Shown piece after piece: positions 24,811 to 37,267 of a stretch of 61,422 nt of DNA. The stretch spans positions 107,964,470-108,025,891 of the forward strand of contig NC_068981.1 in the NCBI RefSeq assembly GCF_001194135.2. Reading direction: 5' to 3'. A program made the translations under genes and the position numbers. Numbering within the stretch: position 1 is the stretch's first letter; each line of letters begins with the position of its first letter. The DNA comes from Octopus bimaculoides (Eukaryota). Below the pieces are notes generated by a model, which saw nothing but the letters and a program-made list of their open reading frames with translations, did no database searches and was not told the DNA's origin.

Positions 24811-27234
24811 CATGCGTGTACCTAGATATAGGCATGTGTCTGTGTGTTGATTATCCATGACCAAGTTTTCGTGGAATTTCAATGGGTGGGGTAAGATAGT
24901 CAATTACCTAATAGGATTTTAAGTACAACAGTTAACTACAACAGTTAACACTTTTGTCACGTAGACATTTCTGAATGATTAGCTTCCGCATTACGAATTA
25001 TTGGATTATGGGCAACAACATTTTTTTTCCACCGCGATGTTCCAGCATGGCCGCAGTCCAGTGACTGAAACAAATATAAAAGTATCCGTAATTTAGGAGT
25101 TTCATTATCAATTCTATTAAATTTGGCCGGTAAGAGTTGTTTCCCATTCACAAATTTTAAAATGGGTGTTTTTGGTCAACCCTGACCCCATAGTTGAGTA
25201 ATATATTTCTTGAGTATTACAAAGCACAGTAAAATGACTCATTATAGGCAAAGATGTGTCTATTTGGACAAATTAACTGCTAAAAATAGCAGATAAATAT
25301 CCCTCAAATCGCACCTAGAAAAAAGACTGGTTGATCACAGCTGGAATGTCTATAATTATAGGCATGCGCGATCAGGTTTCATCTGAAGTTAAACAACATA
25401 GGAACTTGCTTTTGTTGATTTTTTTAATCGCAGTATGAGTACCAGACTGATCGCTCTCCTTCCAATAAAAAAATTGTTGTCTTGTCTTCTGTCAACCCTG
25501 CTCGAACAGACTTATGAGCAAAAACATACCGCTTCTTTATTTTTCAAATACTACCTAATATTATATTTTTTTTATGATTCCTTTCATTTTCTAGGTAAGG
25601 AAGACTTTGCTGCTATTTCTTAAAGGTTGACCGACTGTACCATTTGTAGTATACTGTAATGCTTATTACAAACAATGTGAAATTTTCTTCGTGGAATGAT
25701 CTTTGCACTTGCACACAAGTAACTCGTAATTTTTGTTTCTTGTTGTCGGCTTTTTTGTCTCAAAGAGCTTCATTAACATTTATTTATTTGGCAGAAAGCC
25801 AGGAAATCGCGTCTGCCGACTGTCGTGACCTATTGTCTAATAGCTTGATACAGTGACAGTTTCGCGCTCTCCGATTTCTGCTTTATAGGTGTGGTTTGGC
25901 ATTTTGCTGTTTTATATAACACGTTCATACACACACACACACACACACACACACCGCGCTAAATTACGAGGTGGAAGGCAGCGAGCTGGTAGGGTTGTTA
26001 GAGCGTACAAGAAAATACTTCGTAGTATTTTTCCTGGCAATTTACGTGTTCTAAAGTCATCCTTTCGGAGATCGGCAAATTAGAGTACTGGTAAAATACT
26101 AGAGTCTATAGAATAGACTTTCCCCATTCCTTCAAAATTGCCGTCCTTTAATTAGAAACAACTAGAAGTTAAAACTATTGCGATGCTACACTGTGCTACA
26201 CAGTTGCTAATTGAAGGGAAGTAACTCTTACCAACCACATTTAACGTGATTAAATTATTGGTGTGTCTGGTATTATGTAATGATTAATACGCACACAGAA
26301 TGTAACGAATATACGTAGCAAATTAATGACAGGATAAAAAGTAATAATCGATATGGCTTTTATTCCATCGTAACAATGTAAGATAAAAACTTCATGTTGT
26401 TGTACACAGATTATTTGCAGTTCTTTTATTCATTCTGTAGGCAGTTAAATTCATCAATAACTGTTAGAAGACGGATAGGAGAGAGAAAGAGTAAAAGAAT
26501 CTACCTGTCTATGTTGATAAATAGTGAACATGAAAGCTGTTATACTGCAGTCAAAGGCCATGCGCGTAGTGCTCCTTATGGTCAGGGGGCCAAGGAAAAG
26601 AAGCGAAAGAAGAACTGAGTTTGAGTACTGTATTTATACATGGTAGAAAATTGATTGTAGGTCAGAGAACAATGGGAGGTAAATGAGTATCTATGTTGAA
26701 CTGTATTTAACCCAAGAATGTTCACTCAAACAACAGAACTCATCTAAGTTTGATAGTTGACTCTCATTAATTTCTAAATGCTAACGTCGAGAACAATAGG
26801 AAGGAACTCATAGAAAAATCTAAACTAGGTTTCGATTCCTAGAAATGATTCACTACACATTTCTTGTTTCAACGCTATACTATCCAAGAGAATAGATACA
26901 TTTAGAGATTTTAGCTAAGAGATACAACTATTTTTATGTACAATATATCCGTGGGAAGAAAAAGAGCATTAGCCAAACTAGTTTCAGTTTTGTATCGTTC
27001 TTTCCACGATACCAATTTGCAAATATAATTCATTCTAACTTAATTAGCAAAACATTATAAACGCTCCAGTCGCTGATTTACTTAAGACCTCAGTGATAAC
27101 GAATTTATACTAGTGGCTCTGGAAACAGCTAAAGAGAGCAGTCGGTCGTCAAAAAACCAAACGCACCCTTAAAGGTTAGTTATAGTGTTAATATATTTAT
27201 TACAGTAAGTATTCGAAAAAGAATTGGTGAGATT

Positions 27235-28085
27235 CTAATACTCTGCTAGTTCCTCAACTGTTACAATGGGATTTTGTTCCACCAGGGTTTGCAGGACGTA
27301 TTCGTCAAGCTCTACAGATCTTCCAGGACGAGGCTCGACTTCTAGGCTATAGTTTCCGACTCGGAATCTCTGGAACCACGGTTGACACTGGCTTACGCTT
27401 ATTGTCTGATCCCCATATATTGCATTAATATTCGTCGCACTTTCCGTTGCGCTGTTGCCTTTATTGAACTCATAAAGCAAAATATGCCGAATAAGCTCCG
27501 TTGTCACTTCCATTATAGCTTTGAAAAAATAACTGCTAAAATCGAACTGTACACTTCAAAACTTGCACCAAGAATAAGTACAAAATAAAATTACTACCTG
27601 TTTTTATAGCAAGTTGATGCAGGTATCAGGTCATCCCATAAGTTATGTCTGAATTTTGAATAAAGAAAACAAGTGATCGTGACCAAATGTTATATTCAAT
27701 TGAAATTTAATCATCAATGTACTTTCCCTGATTATCTATGACTTCCTTCCATCTATTTACAAGCTTTTTAATCCCGTCAATGTAAAACTCTTTTGGTTTC
27801 AAAGCGAAGAACTCTGAAATGTCAGTTTCGACCTCCTCCTGGCTTGCGAAAGTTATGTTCCCCAAATGATTCTGTAAACTACGAAACAAATGGTAGTCTG
27901 AAAGAGCATGGTCGGGAGAATAAGGTGGATGAGGAATTTTTTTCCAACCAAGCTCTTCGATCTTCTGTGATGTGATCTTTGCAGTATGGGGGTCACGCAT
28001 TGTCCTGATGAAACATCATTCCTTTTCGATTCACTAAAGCGGGTCTTTTTTTCTTTATTAGCGACCGACTTGAACTCTCTTAAGA
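27235..28085 (-). mobile_element. Mariner (DD34D) fragments in permuted order (C-terminal half upstream of N-terminal half)
   Basis: 27707-28085: FHQDNA.PHT..IPHPPYSPD.ALSDYHLFRSL..GKYIDD*. TIR plus TA at 27624. 27235-27513: MEVTTELIRHILLYEFNKG..WFQRFR.G (HTH). Confidence 0.9.
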
Positions 28086-28291
28086 AGAACTTAAATATAA
28101 CTCAAAGAAAAGTTATACGCGCAGGCACACACACATACATACATGCATACCTACCTACCTACCTACATACATACATACACATTTTTTAACACATCTACTC
28201 TAGTTATTTCGCTGTCATTGTGATTCTGTTTATTTATCAGTGGAAACTCTCCTTCGATTTAACTAAGTCCCATTGTCAATGTCTAAATCAG

Positions 28292-28617
28292 CTAGAGTAA
28301 AGACACCCCACTTCGGTCATGAATGACCATGGGATTGCACTTAAAAAGTTACCTCCCGAGGCACAAGTCCAGGCAAGGTTGTTTTATAGAAGACCAGCAG
28401 TCGCCCATGCATATCAGCCTCTCCTCTCCAGGCCACTGATGTTATCCAACGGAAAGACAAAGGCTTGGCACCAGTGATGCTGCAACTCATTTCTACAACT
28501 GAGTGAACTGGAGCAGCGTGAAATAAAGTGTCTTGTTCAAGAACACAACACATGACCCGGTCAAGGAATCGAACTTACTACCTCATGATTGTGAACCCGA
28601 TGCTCTAAGCCCTGAAC
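28292..28617 (-). mobile_element. CORE-type tRNA SINE (third family)
   Basis: Minus-strand head with B-box-like gttcgattcc (ggaatcgaac at about 28565 on plus) and cttgaacaagacactt core. Confidence 0.65.
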
Positions 28618-29394
28618 ATCAAGAATAAATAGGAAAATAATAATTTTTGATAAATTATCAACTTTCTTTAAACGTATATTACTGATCCTGAATCTCTTTG
28701 TAACATCTTTAAAAAAAAATTGAGATCAAACTTGAAGAGTTAAATTCATTTCTCTTGTTTAAAACAAACTAAATATAGTTGGTTGTAGCGGATATTTCAC
28801 TTAAAGTCTGTTATTCAGGTTTATTCAGATATGCAGATATGGTTCAGATTTAGATCCCTCATCACTATATCATTGTTGAGTTGAATTGACATTTATTAGT
28901 GTTGTATTTTAATTCAGTTATCTTAGAAATCTCTTATTAAGATAAATAAAAGAATTTCTTCAGTTATGGTCAAGTAATATTCCATGTTAATGCAACATTA
29001 GTTTATTTTGTATGAGTAGCTTTTAATAAAAATTTTAACTATTTTATCCAGCAGAGAAATTTGGTGGGAGGAGGCTAGTCTATTACATCAACCCTAGTGC
29101 TCCACTGGCACTTATTTCATCGACCCTGAAAGAATTAAAGGCAAGGTCGACCTCGGCGGAAATACCCAAGAGAGAAATATATTATTCGATGAATTCTGAT
29201 TTTTTAAATTTCGTTAACGCGGCATTTCAAAATTTAACGAAGTGAATGGAAAAAAGACTAGGAATTCATAGCAATACATCTAATATCATTTTGCTGTTCT
29301 CAAATGATATGTTCTTTCAGATGATTATTTTTTTGCAATAAACTTTAAGATGGCATCACCAACGTCTACCAACCTGACAATAATAGCCTTGATT

Positions 29395-29636
29395 AAGGCG
29401 GCGAGCTGGCAGGAACGTTAGCACGCCGAGCGAAATGCTTAGCAGTATTTCGTCTGTTTTTACGTTCCGAGTTCAAATTCCGCCGAGGTCGACTTTGCCT
29501 TTCATCCTTTCGGGATCGATCGATAAATTAAATACCAGTTGCGTACTGCGATAGATCTAATCGACTGGCCTTCCCCCCACCCCCCACCCCCCAAAGAAAA
29601 AAAGAAATTCGGGCCTTGCGCCTAGAGTAAAAACGG
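29395..29636 (+). mobile_element. tRNA-derived SINE with conserved central domain and 15-bp TSD
   Basis: ggcggcgagctggcagg..gagttcaaattccgcc..gcctttcatcctttcggg; TSD ataatagccttgatt at 29380-29394 and 29637-29651. Confidence 0.9.
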
Positions 29637-30479
29637 ATAATAGCCTTGATTTATTTCATAACAAAAAATCGGTAGAGTTATTTCCCCTAGACTGGGTAGA
29701 AATGTAACTGATTTTTTTTTTCTTTTAGCTTTTGATCTTTTAGATTGTCATGGTGTAGTGACGTGAGAAAAGGGGCGTGTATGTGCATGAATATAAAGTA
29801 GGTAGGTATGTATTTCTATATGAAAATTTGTTCCGTCATATATATAATGTGAAGAAAAATTTTAATGAAATATTTTTTGTGGGTTTATTTTATTTTCAAC
29901 GGTGGCGGTGAAAGTTAAAGGAATAAAAGAAGAGGTATGGCAAATAACTAATAAAAGAAAAAATGACTGGAATAGTTCTATCAAACCTCGCTAAACATCA
30001 TTCATTTTCCCTTTGTGTCTCGGATACAGTAACATACCTACAGTATATTCAACTTGCTCACTTCAGTGCTTCATCCTCCGTAACTCACTGGGGAGGGGCG
30101 GATGATGAGACATAAGAACAAATTGTGAAACAAAAGTTTCTTTTATAAGAAATAAATTTAAAATAAACAGAGACGGTAATAAAACGTATTAAATGAGACG
30201 TTCTGGCAGGATCTCTGTTTACACCGACTACAAAGGGCAAGTGCTCTCCCTTGCTGTGTCTCCAGCCTACAGGCTCATGTTTAGCATACACCCATTTATC
30301 CAGGCTATCCTCAGAAATGTTATACACGTCACGAACCAAGATACCCATAGACACACACACACACACATAATAATCTAAGGCAACAGTACCACTACTCCCC
30401 CAGACCAATACCATACAACCTCACAGACAGCTCATACAAACAAAACTGCAACCAATATTTTTCAGCCCGAGACCAGAGA

Positions 30480-32840
30480 CACCAGGACACGGGTTGGAAC
30501 CTGGTGATCAGGAAAAACCGAAGATAATTAACCTCTCAACTAAACCTCTTTCAAGCACAAAGATAGATATCCTCTCAAAAGGGTTGAAATTCACCCCAAC
30601 ACCATGCAGAGCCAACCAAAATGAAGTGAAAGACAGTATAATAGAATTCTGTAGAAAATTAAAACTCACAGTAGCATTAACCAATTACAATACTGAAGAT
30701 GACTCCCTAGTCAAAAACAAAAGTGAACACATCTCCTACAAAGGAAGAAATAAAAATCCTGATGAATTCTGCAACCACATTGAAAACTTTCCCTACCACA
30801 CCATGCATAAACAGAAAATTACCTCAAACTTTAGCACTACACAATGGAGGGAACTAACAGAACTTCAAAATAATGAAGATATTAAGAATGAAGATATTAA
30901 GTAAGCAGATAAAGGAAGTGCAATAGTAGTAATAGACACATTATACTATAAAAATCTAGTAATCTCCATGCTTAATGAAAGTCAACATTATGAAAAAAAT
31001 CACAAACTACACCCCACCCCAAAAGATAATGAAAACCCTATCCTCACTAATTAAAACCCACAGAAAAAACTGACAACCAAAGAAATTGACTATTTAACAA
31101 ACTTTAAATGCAAACCTAATCTATTTTATGGCCTACCAAAATTCCACAAAAGCCAGATTATAAATGAAACCATAAAAAAGACATACATGCATACACCAAC
31201 CCCAGGGGACCTAAAATTGCAACCCATTATAGGCAGCCACTGAAACCCAGCCTCTGAAACACACAGACTAAGTCTATTTATGGACATCCTCCTGAAACCC
31301 TTCCTTAAACACACCAATAGCTATATCAGAAATGACTTGGACATGTTAACTCACCTCCCAAAAAAAGGCAAAGAAGAAACATTCATGGTGTCATTTGATG
31401 TGATTAACTTATATACTAGTATACCTCATAATTATGGACTATAGGCAATTCAGTTCTGTCTGGACCAATATCCGGAAGAAATATCAGAAAGGATCAGCAA
31501 AGAGTTCATAATTGAATCAATTGAAATCATCCCATGAAACAACCATTTCATGTTTGATAACACTTTTTATGGACAAAAATCCAGAATTGCCATGGGCACT
31601 AGGGCAACCCCAGTCATTGCAAACCTAACAATGGGCTATCTAGAAATAAGAATATACCAAGAATCTTTATTTACCTTTGAAAACCCTCTTCCCCAATACA
31701 TAAAAGAGAATTGGAAAAGATTCCTAAATGACTGTGTCATCTTCTGGAATGAAAACATAGACAAACTCCTGAAATTCAAAAGACTATTGAATAGCATCAA
31801 CCCAAACATACAATTCACAATGAAATACAACCAAGAGGAGCTCCCATTCTTGGATATATTAGTTAAAAAATAAACCTAAAAATAGAAACAGGCATATTTT
31901 ACAAAACCACAGACGTCAAACAATATCTACAATTTAATCCATGCCACCCAAAACACACCAAAACAAACATCCCCTTCAACTTTACAAGAAGGATATGCAC
32001 CATAGTGTCAGAAAAAAAATACCAGAGACTTTAGACTGCAAGAACTAAAAAACACCCTCATTGACAGACACTACCCAGTTCAACTCATAGAGGATGGAAT
32101 CAGACGTGCAACACAAATCGACATAAAAGCCCGAAGAAAAGTTCAACACAGCAACACACCCTCCCTGAAAACACTGCCGTACATATCCACTTACAACCCC
32201 AGAAACAAAGAAGCCTTCACCATCATCACTCCAAATCTACCAATGCTACATAAGGACCCCAAATTAAAGGAAATTTTACATACACATAAGATCATTAAAA
32301 GCCACAAACAACCAAAGTCATTAAAAAAGATCCTCACAAAGGCAAAATTATTTTCTACAATAACGAATGCAAAGTGAAAAAGTGGTCGACTAAATTGTGC
32401 AACATGCCCCAACCATCTAGAAGCATCAGAATTCTTTTTTAAAGAGGGACAAAAATTTAAAATCAAATCTTATTTTACTTGTACCTCAGAAAACCTGATT
32501 TATGTTATAAGATGTTCAGTTTGCCACCAAAACTACATAGGGTCCACTGAATTATCGCTCAGACGCAGATGCACTCAGCATCGACAACAGATTGCATTTC
32601 CAGAATACAGAATGATACCCTTTAGTGAACACATTGACAGATGCGCATAATGACTGCTACCACAATTTGTAACCTTTCCATTTTATCAATGTGCTATTGG
32701 AACACAACTTCGATTAAACAAGGAAACCTACTTCATTGAAAAATATAAGCCAAAACTTAACCATTTCTAGCATTTTTAAATAAGGAAACTTACCTCATTG
32801 AAAAATATAAACCAAAACTTAATCATTTCTAACATTTTAT
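30480..32840 (+). mobile_element. Near full-length Penelope-like element (RT plus GIY-YIG endonuclease), pseudogenised
   Basis: IINLS...LSKGLKFTPTP; ADKGSAIVV; FYGLPKFHK; VSFDVINLYTSIP; IAMGT..P.IANL.MG; WKRFLND (catalytic DD decayed); ELPFLDI; NLIYVIRC..C..NYIG. Confidence 0.92.
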
Positions 32841-33957
32841 TCTAATAAAACCAAATCATGTTAAATTAACAAAACCTAATCATTCCCAACATTTTGATTA
32901 TCTCCCTTATACCGAAAAAATCCCTGATTACCTCCCCCTGTTTCGAACTCTACATCACACCATAACGAATAGATGACACATCAGTAAAGAAATTTGAGAA
33001 ATTTGAAAAGAAAATGCGAAACCAGTTATTTCTCCCAAAACAATGTCACTACACACAAAATTTTATATCATTTTCCTAACATGAAGATTTTAATATATTT
33101 TTTAACCATATAATACAAATTTTCTGTAGTTTTTCATTCTATTTTGTTTTTATACATCCAACCATGTGCTTTCACATACCAACTCTCTCACCCATATATG
33201 TATATATGTGTGTGTAAATATATATATATATATATGCACACACACAGAGGCAAATGCATTTGCACACATACGTACACACGTCCATATACACACACATAAA
33301 TACCAGTACATGTAATGCATATCACTCCACTTAATGTACGCATGGGGTCACTTACACATATATATACACACAGGTCCACATATTTTTCAGCTCGCCCAAC
33401 ACGCACCCCCACCTCATTCATACATACACACTCACCATCCTCACATACAAAAGCGCGAAAGAATAAATTCGTTTGGCCAGGTCACCGTCATTATCTCCCT
33501 TCCATTCAGCCTTCTTCTGGCTATTTCGTCATGCTGTACCGTTAATCCCTACAAAAACTTTTGTATGTATGTATTCGAAATCTGTGTGTGCACGCGCGTA
33601 AGAGAGAGATGAAGAGATATATAGAGGTAGAGAGCACGAGACAGAGAGGGAGTGAAAAAAATTGGAAATCTGTATATATAAAAGGCAGAATGTGTATGTG
33701 TGTGTGTACGTGAATGTAATTTATGCATGCCCACAAATTAGCACGCATGTAGCGACAATTTTAGGACGACATTCGTCATGACCCTAGCTGCATTTCCGTC
33801 AACTTTTTCTCTCAGAGGCACCCAAGTATAGCTGTAAAAATCGATTTTCAACCATAACTTTTACCAATTTTGAAGTTTGCTAACATGGCGAAGTCAAAGT
33901 GTGCGTATGTGCGTGAAGGAGAGAGAGAAAGAAATTGTGTGTGTGTGAGAGAGGGGG

Positions 33958-33989
<32 letters not shown>

Positions 33990-34397
33990 NNNNNNNNNNN
34001 NNNNNNNNNNNNNNNNNNNNNNNNNNNNNNNNNNNNNNNNNNNNNNNNNNNNNNNNNNNNNNNNNNNNNNNNNNNNNNNNNNNNNNNNNNNNNNNNNNNN
34101 NNNNNNNNNNNNNNNNNNNNNNNNNNNNNNNNNNNNNNNNNNNNNNNNNNNNNNNNNNNNNNNNNNNNNNNNNNNNNNNNNNNNNNNNNNNNNNNNNNNN
34201 NNNNNNNNNNNNNNNNNNNNNNNNNNNNNNNNNNNNNNNNNNNNNNNAGAAAAAAGTTTATTGACAATCCATTTATTTAACAACAATGAAACAAAGAGGT
34301 ATGTAACAATTTGTCAGTGAATTACACAATATAAATAGGTAAAATTTCCAAGGCTTCCACCACCCCCAACCCGTTTTTCGGACCACAAAAAGGGTTT

Positions 34398-34493
34398 GGT
34401 AATTTTTCAGATTAACACCCGCATGATTTCCACTAGGGTGTTAGGGTTAGGGTTTTAGGGTCAGGGTTAGGGTTTTAGGGTTAGGATTAGGGT

Positions 34494-34528
<35 letters not shown>

Positions 34529-34612
34529 GGTTAGGGTTGGTGTTAGGTTTACGGTTTTAGGGTCAGGATTAGGGTTTTAGGGTTAGGGTTTAGGGTTAGG
34601 ATTAGAGTTAAC
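34398..34612 (+). mobile_element. One-armed copy of the telomeric-repeat MITE: terminus plus about 170 bp of degenerate (TTAGGG)n
   Basis: ggtaatttttcagattaacacccgcatgatttccactagggtgttagggtt matches the TIR at 51328; followed by TTAGGG, TTTAGGG and TTAGGA variants. Confidence 0.85.
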
Positions 34613-34925
34613 CTAGAAGGGACACGCCCCTTATTTTTTGGTTAAGGCTGTTAGTAAGTTTTCCTAAGTTACTTCAATCCAGATCCCCAATGCAAACCTT
34701 CAGATCAACCTTCTCCTATGCAGATCTCTAATGCAACTTAAAAACAAAACAGCCAATGAGTGGAAATAACCAATAAACTTGATTCCTTATGGATTTCCCA
34801 ATCAAATTGCCAGCAAACCATTTTCAGCCAAACCAATTTCAACGGATTTCGCTCAAATCTGATGTTGATGTTACTTATTTTGGTTTGAAATAAAGCACTT
34901 GATCACTTAATAATCCGAGCTTAAT

Positions 34926-34954
34926 CCGGGGCAGCGCCGGGCTATACTGCTAGT
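34926..34954 (+). mobile_element. Helitron 3' terminus
   Basis: GC hairpin ccggggcagcgccggg followed after 8 nt by CTAG then T (CTRR|T rule). 5' TC end not located. Confidence 0.65.
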
Positions 34955-35679
34955 GGAGAATATATGCTCATACACACAGTCGAAGATACATAAAGATTTA
35001 TTTATCAAAGACATTTATGAACTTGTGAAGCTAATCAAACAAGTAATGAAGAAACTATTTTAATTCGTTATAGAGATATCTTTAAAATATTATGAAACTT
35101 TTTAATAGCAACAAACATGTTTTATTAAAATACCAAATTTACAGGGGAGAGTTACAGTGCCTTAATATAAAACACTAACCGGTTCAATTTCGACTCATTT
35201 ATTTATTTATCCCAGAAGACTTTCTCGTCACTGCATTTACAACCGTATCAATGGATTTCGACTGTCCGTTATTGAAGCTGCATTCTTTTTTGTTTTTGGT
35301 TTTGTTTATTTTGTGGGGTTTTATGCGAGATTTTGTTGTGCGCGCGTGCCAGCATGCGTATATGTTTTGTGTATGTATCCTACATATTCATGTGTGTGTG
35401 TGTGTACCTCTGCTTCCTTGCATGTGTACGAGTGTGTCTAAATGTATGAATTTGTGTGAGTATGTACATACGCCTGTTATGTATGGATGTGTCTCCATGA
35501 GTCTTTGTGTGTATGCGTGTGTGTGCATAAAATGTGTTTGTCATCTTTTGTATGTGTATACTTTCCTTTCTTGTTTTTAGACTTTTTAAGCATCCCTGGA
35601 GGGCGCTTTTGCCTACTCATTGCGTAGACAATTTCAATTGATGGAAATTTTACAACTCACTAAAGTAATGTTATACAAG

Positions 35680-35687
35680 CCGGAAGT
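35680..35687 (+). promoter_or_regulatory. ETS/GABP site CCGGAAGT in a CpG-richer block; candidate Speedy promoter
   Basis: Perfect ETS consensus. Candidate donor ctg|gtaact at 35925/35926 and acceptor tttcaag| at 37253, just before the ATG. Confidence 0.35.
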
Positions 35688-37267
35688 AGATTGTCAACGA
35701 CCTAAGATAATTAAGCTGGCATCGACTGCTGTTAAAATTACGTCTGATCGCCAGTTGTAATGTTACCCTCCCGATGGTTCTGTAACGTTAACTATGCTAT
35801 TATAAACTGATTTTTGAATGAGGATTCCGAGAAAGCGCTTAGATTCAGGGGCGCAGGACTGTGCTCCATTGTGAGAAGTTGCAACTCTAGAAGGGTCTAG
35901 TCTTATCGAAGAGAAGTATTCGCTGGTAACTTGTGTTAAAGTAGTTATACATACAAAAGTGTTGTTACAAATTTATTTCTTCAAATATTCCATAAAAATA
36001 AACACAAGAACATGAATTTGGGTTGTAATTTATTTTGATTTCAGTTGGATTTTGAAAATCTGGCAACACTTGTGAGACATCTTAGAGCAAATCGTAAAAG
36101 CTTGGCGGGATGACAGCTCTCAAGTTTCATTTGTAGATTAACGACAGGAAAAAGCATTTGCCTTGAGGGCAGTCGGAGTTATGTAAAAATTCATTTTTGA
36201 TGAATGACAAAAAAAGGTTGTGTGCCAAACAAAATGGCTTACGGTATTTCTTCAGGCTTTTTATTTTTCATCTGAGTTTAAAATACCGCCGAAGCCAACT
36301 TCGCTTCTCGTTTTTCCAATGTTTGTCGATAAAATAGGGTACTAGTAAAATACTGGGATTGATGTAATCCCCTCTGTAAATTTTTTATTTTGTTCTTAAG
36401 TTAGAAACTATTTCAAGAAGAGTAATGGATGACAATTAGCAGTGTGCGGAACAAAACACCTTCGTACAAAGTTCGAATCCGGCCAAGATTGACTTGACTT
36501 TTTATCCTAAATAATGCGTAATTTGTTTAGATACCAGTCAGACTTCACTTAGCAGACCTATGATTAACGACTTCCTCTGACCAACCAGCCATTTATTTAT
36601 TATTATTTATTTATTTTTGATCAGTGAACTACATTATACAATGTTTTCGACTTTTAAGAGAGTGAAGTGCAATTTTTGAAAGATTTGGCTACTGCTGCTA
36701 GCAAATCAGCAACCCTGGATATATCTTTGATAACTCTTAGTTATCGTGTGCCGTCAATTCAGTTAACTAAATTTCTACTACCAAAAAATGTGTTGTCCTG
36801 TATCAATTATGACATTGATATTTATGTTACCACCATCATTGTTTTGTATCAAGATCAATATAAAATATAGTTCGATCAATGAACAAAACTGGTGATAACG
36901 ATCAATAATTAGTTGTAAATTTGGGAAAATGTGCAACGCACATGTAGATGTGTGTGTCTGTGCATGTGTACACGCACGCATTCACATATTCATACACATT
37001 CGTATATACACATATACATAAGTCTGTTTCGTTGTCTTTATTGAAATCCTTAGAGTTATTGAAGAAAATATTATAGGCTAAGTTACTGTGAGCTTGTTTG
37101 TTGAAAAATATTTCAGGAAAATCTATAATATGAAAGTGAAGCGTTACCAAACTTTCCACAAAGCCTTGAAACGTACAAATACAAGTATACACGATATTTC
37201 ATATTCTGATTTGAAAACAGAGCAGAGTTTTAACATTCCCTAACTATTTCAAGTCGAGATAATTATA

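Noticed and set aside
26548-26618. Peptide KGHARSAPYGQGAKEKKRKKN* as a terminal exon
   Set aside because: No recognisable homology and no upstream partner exon.
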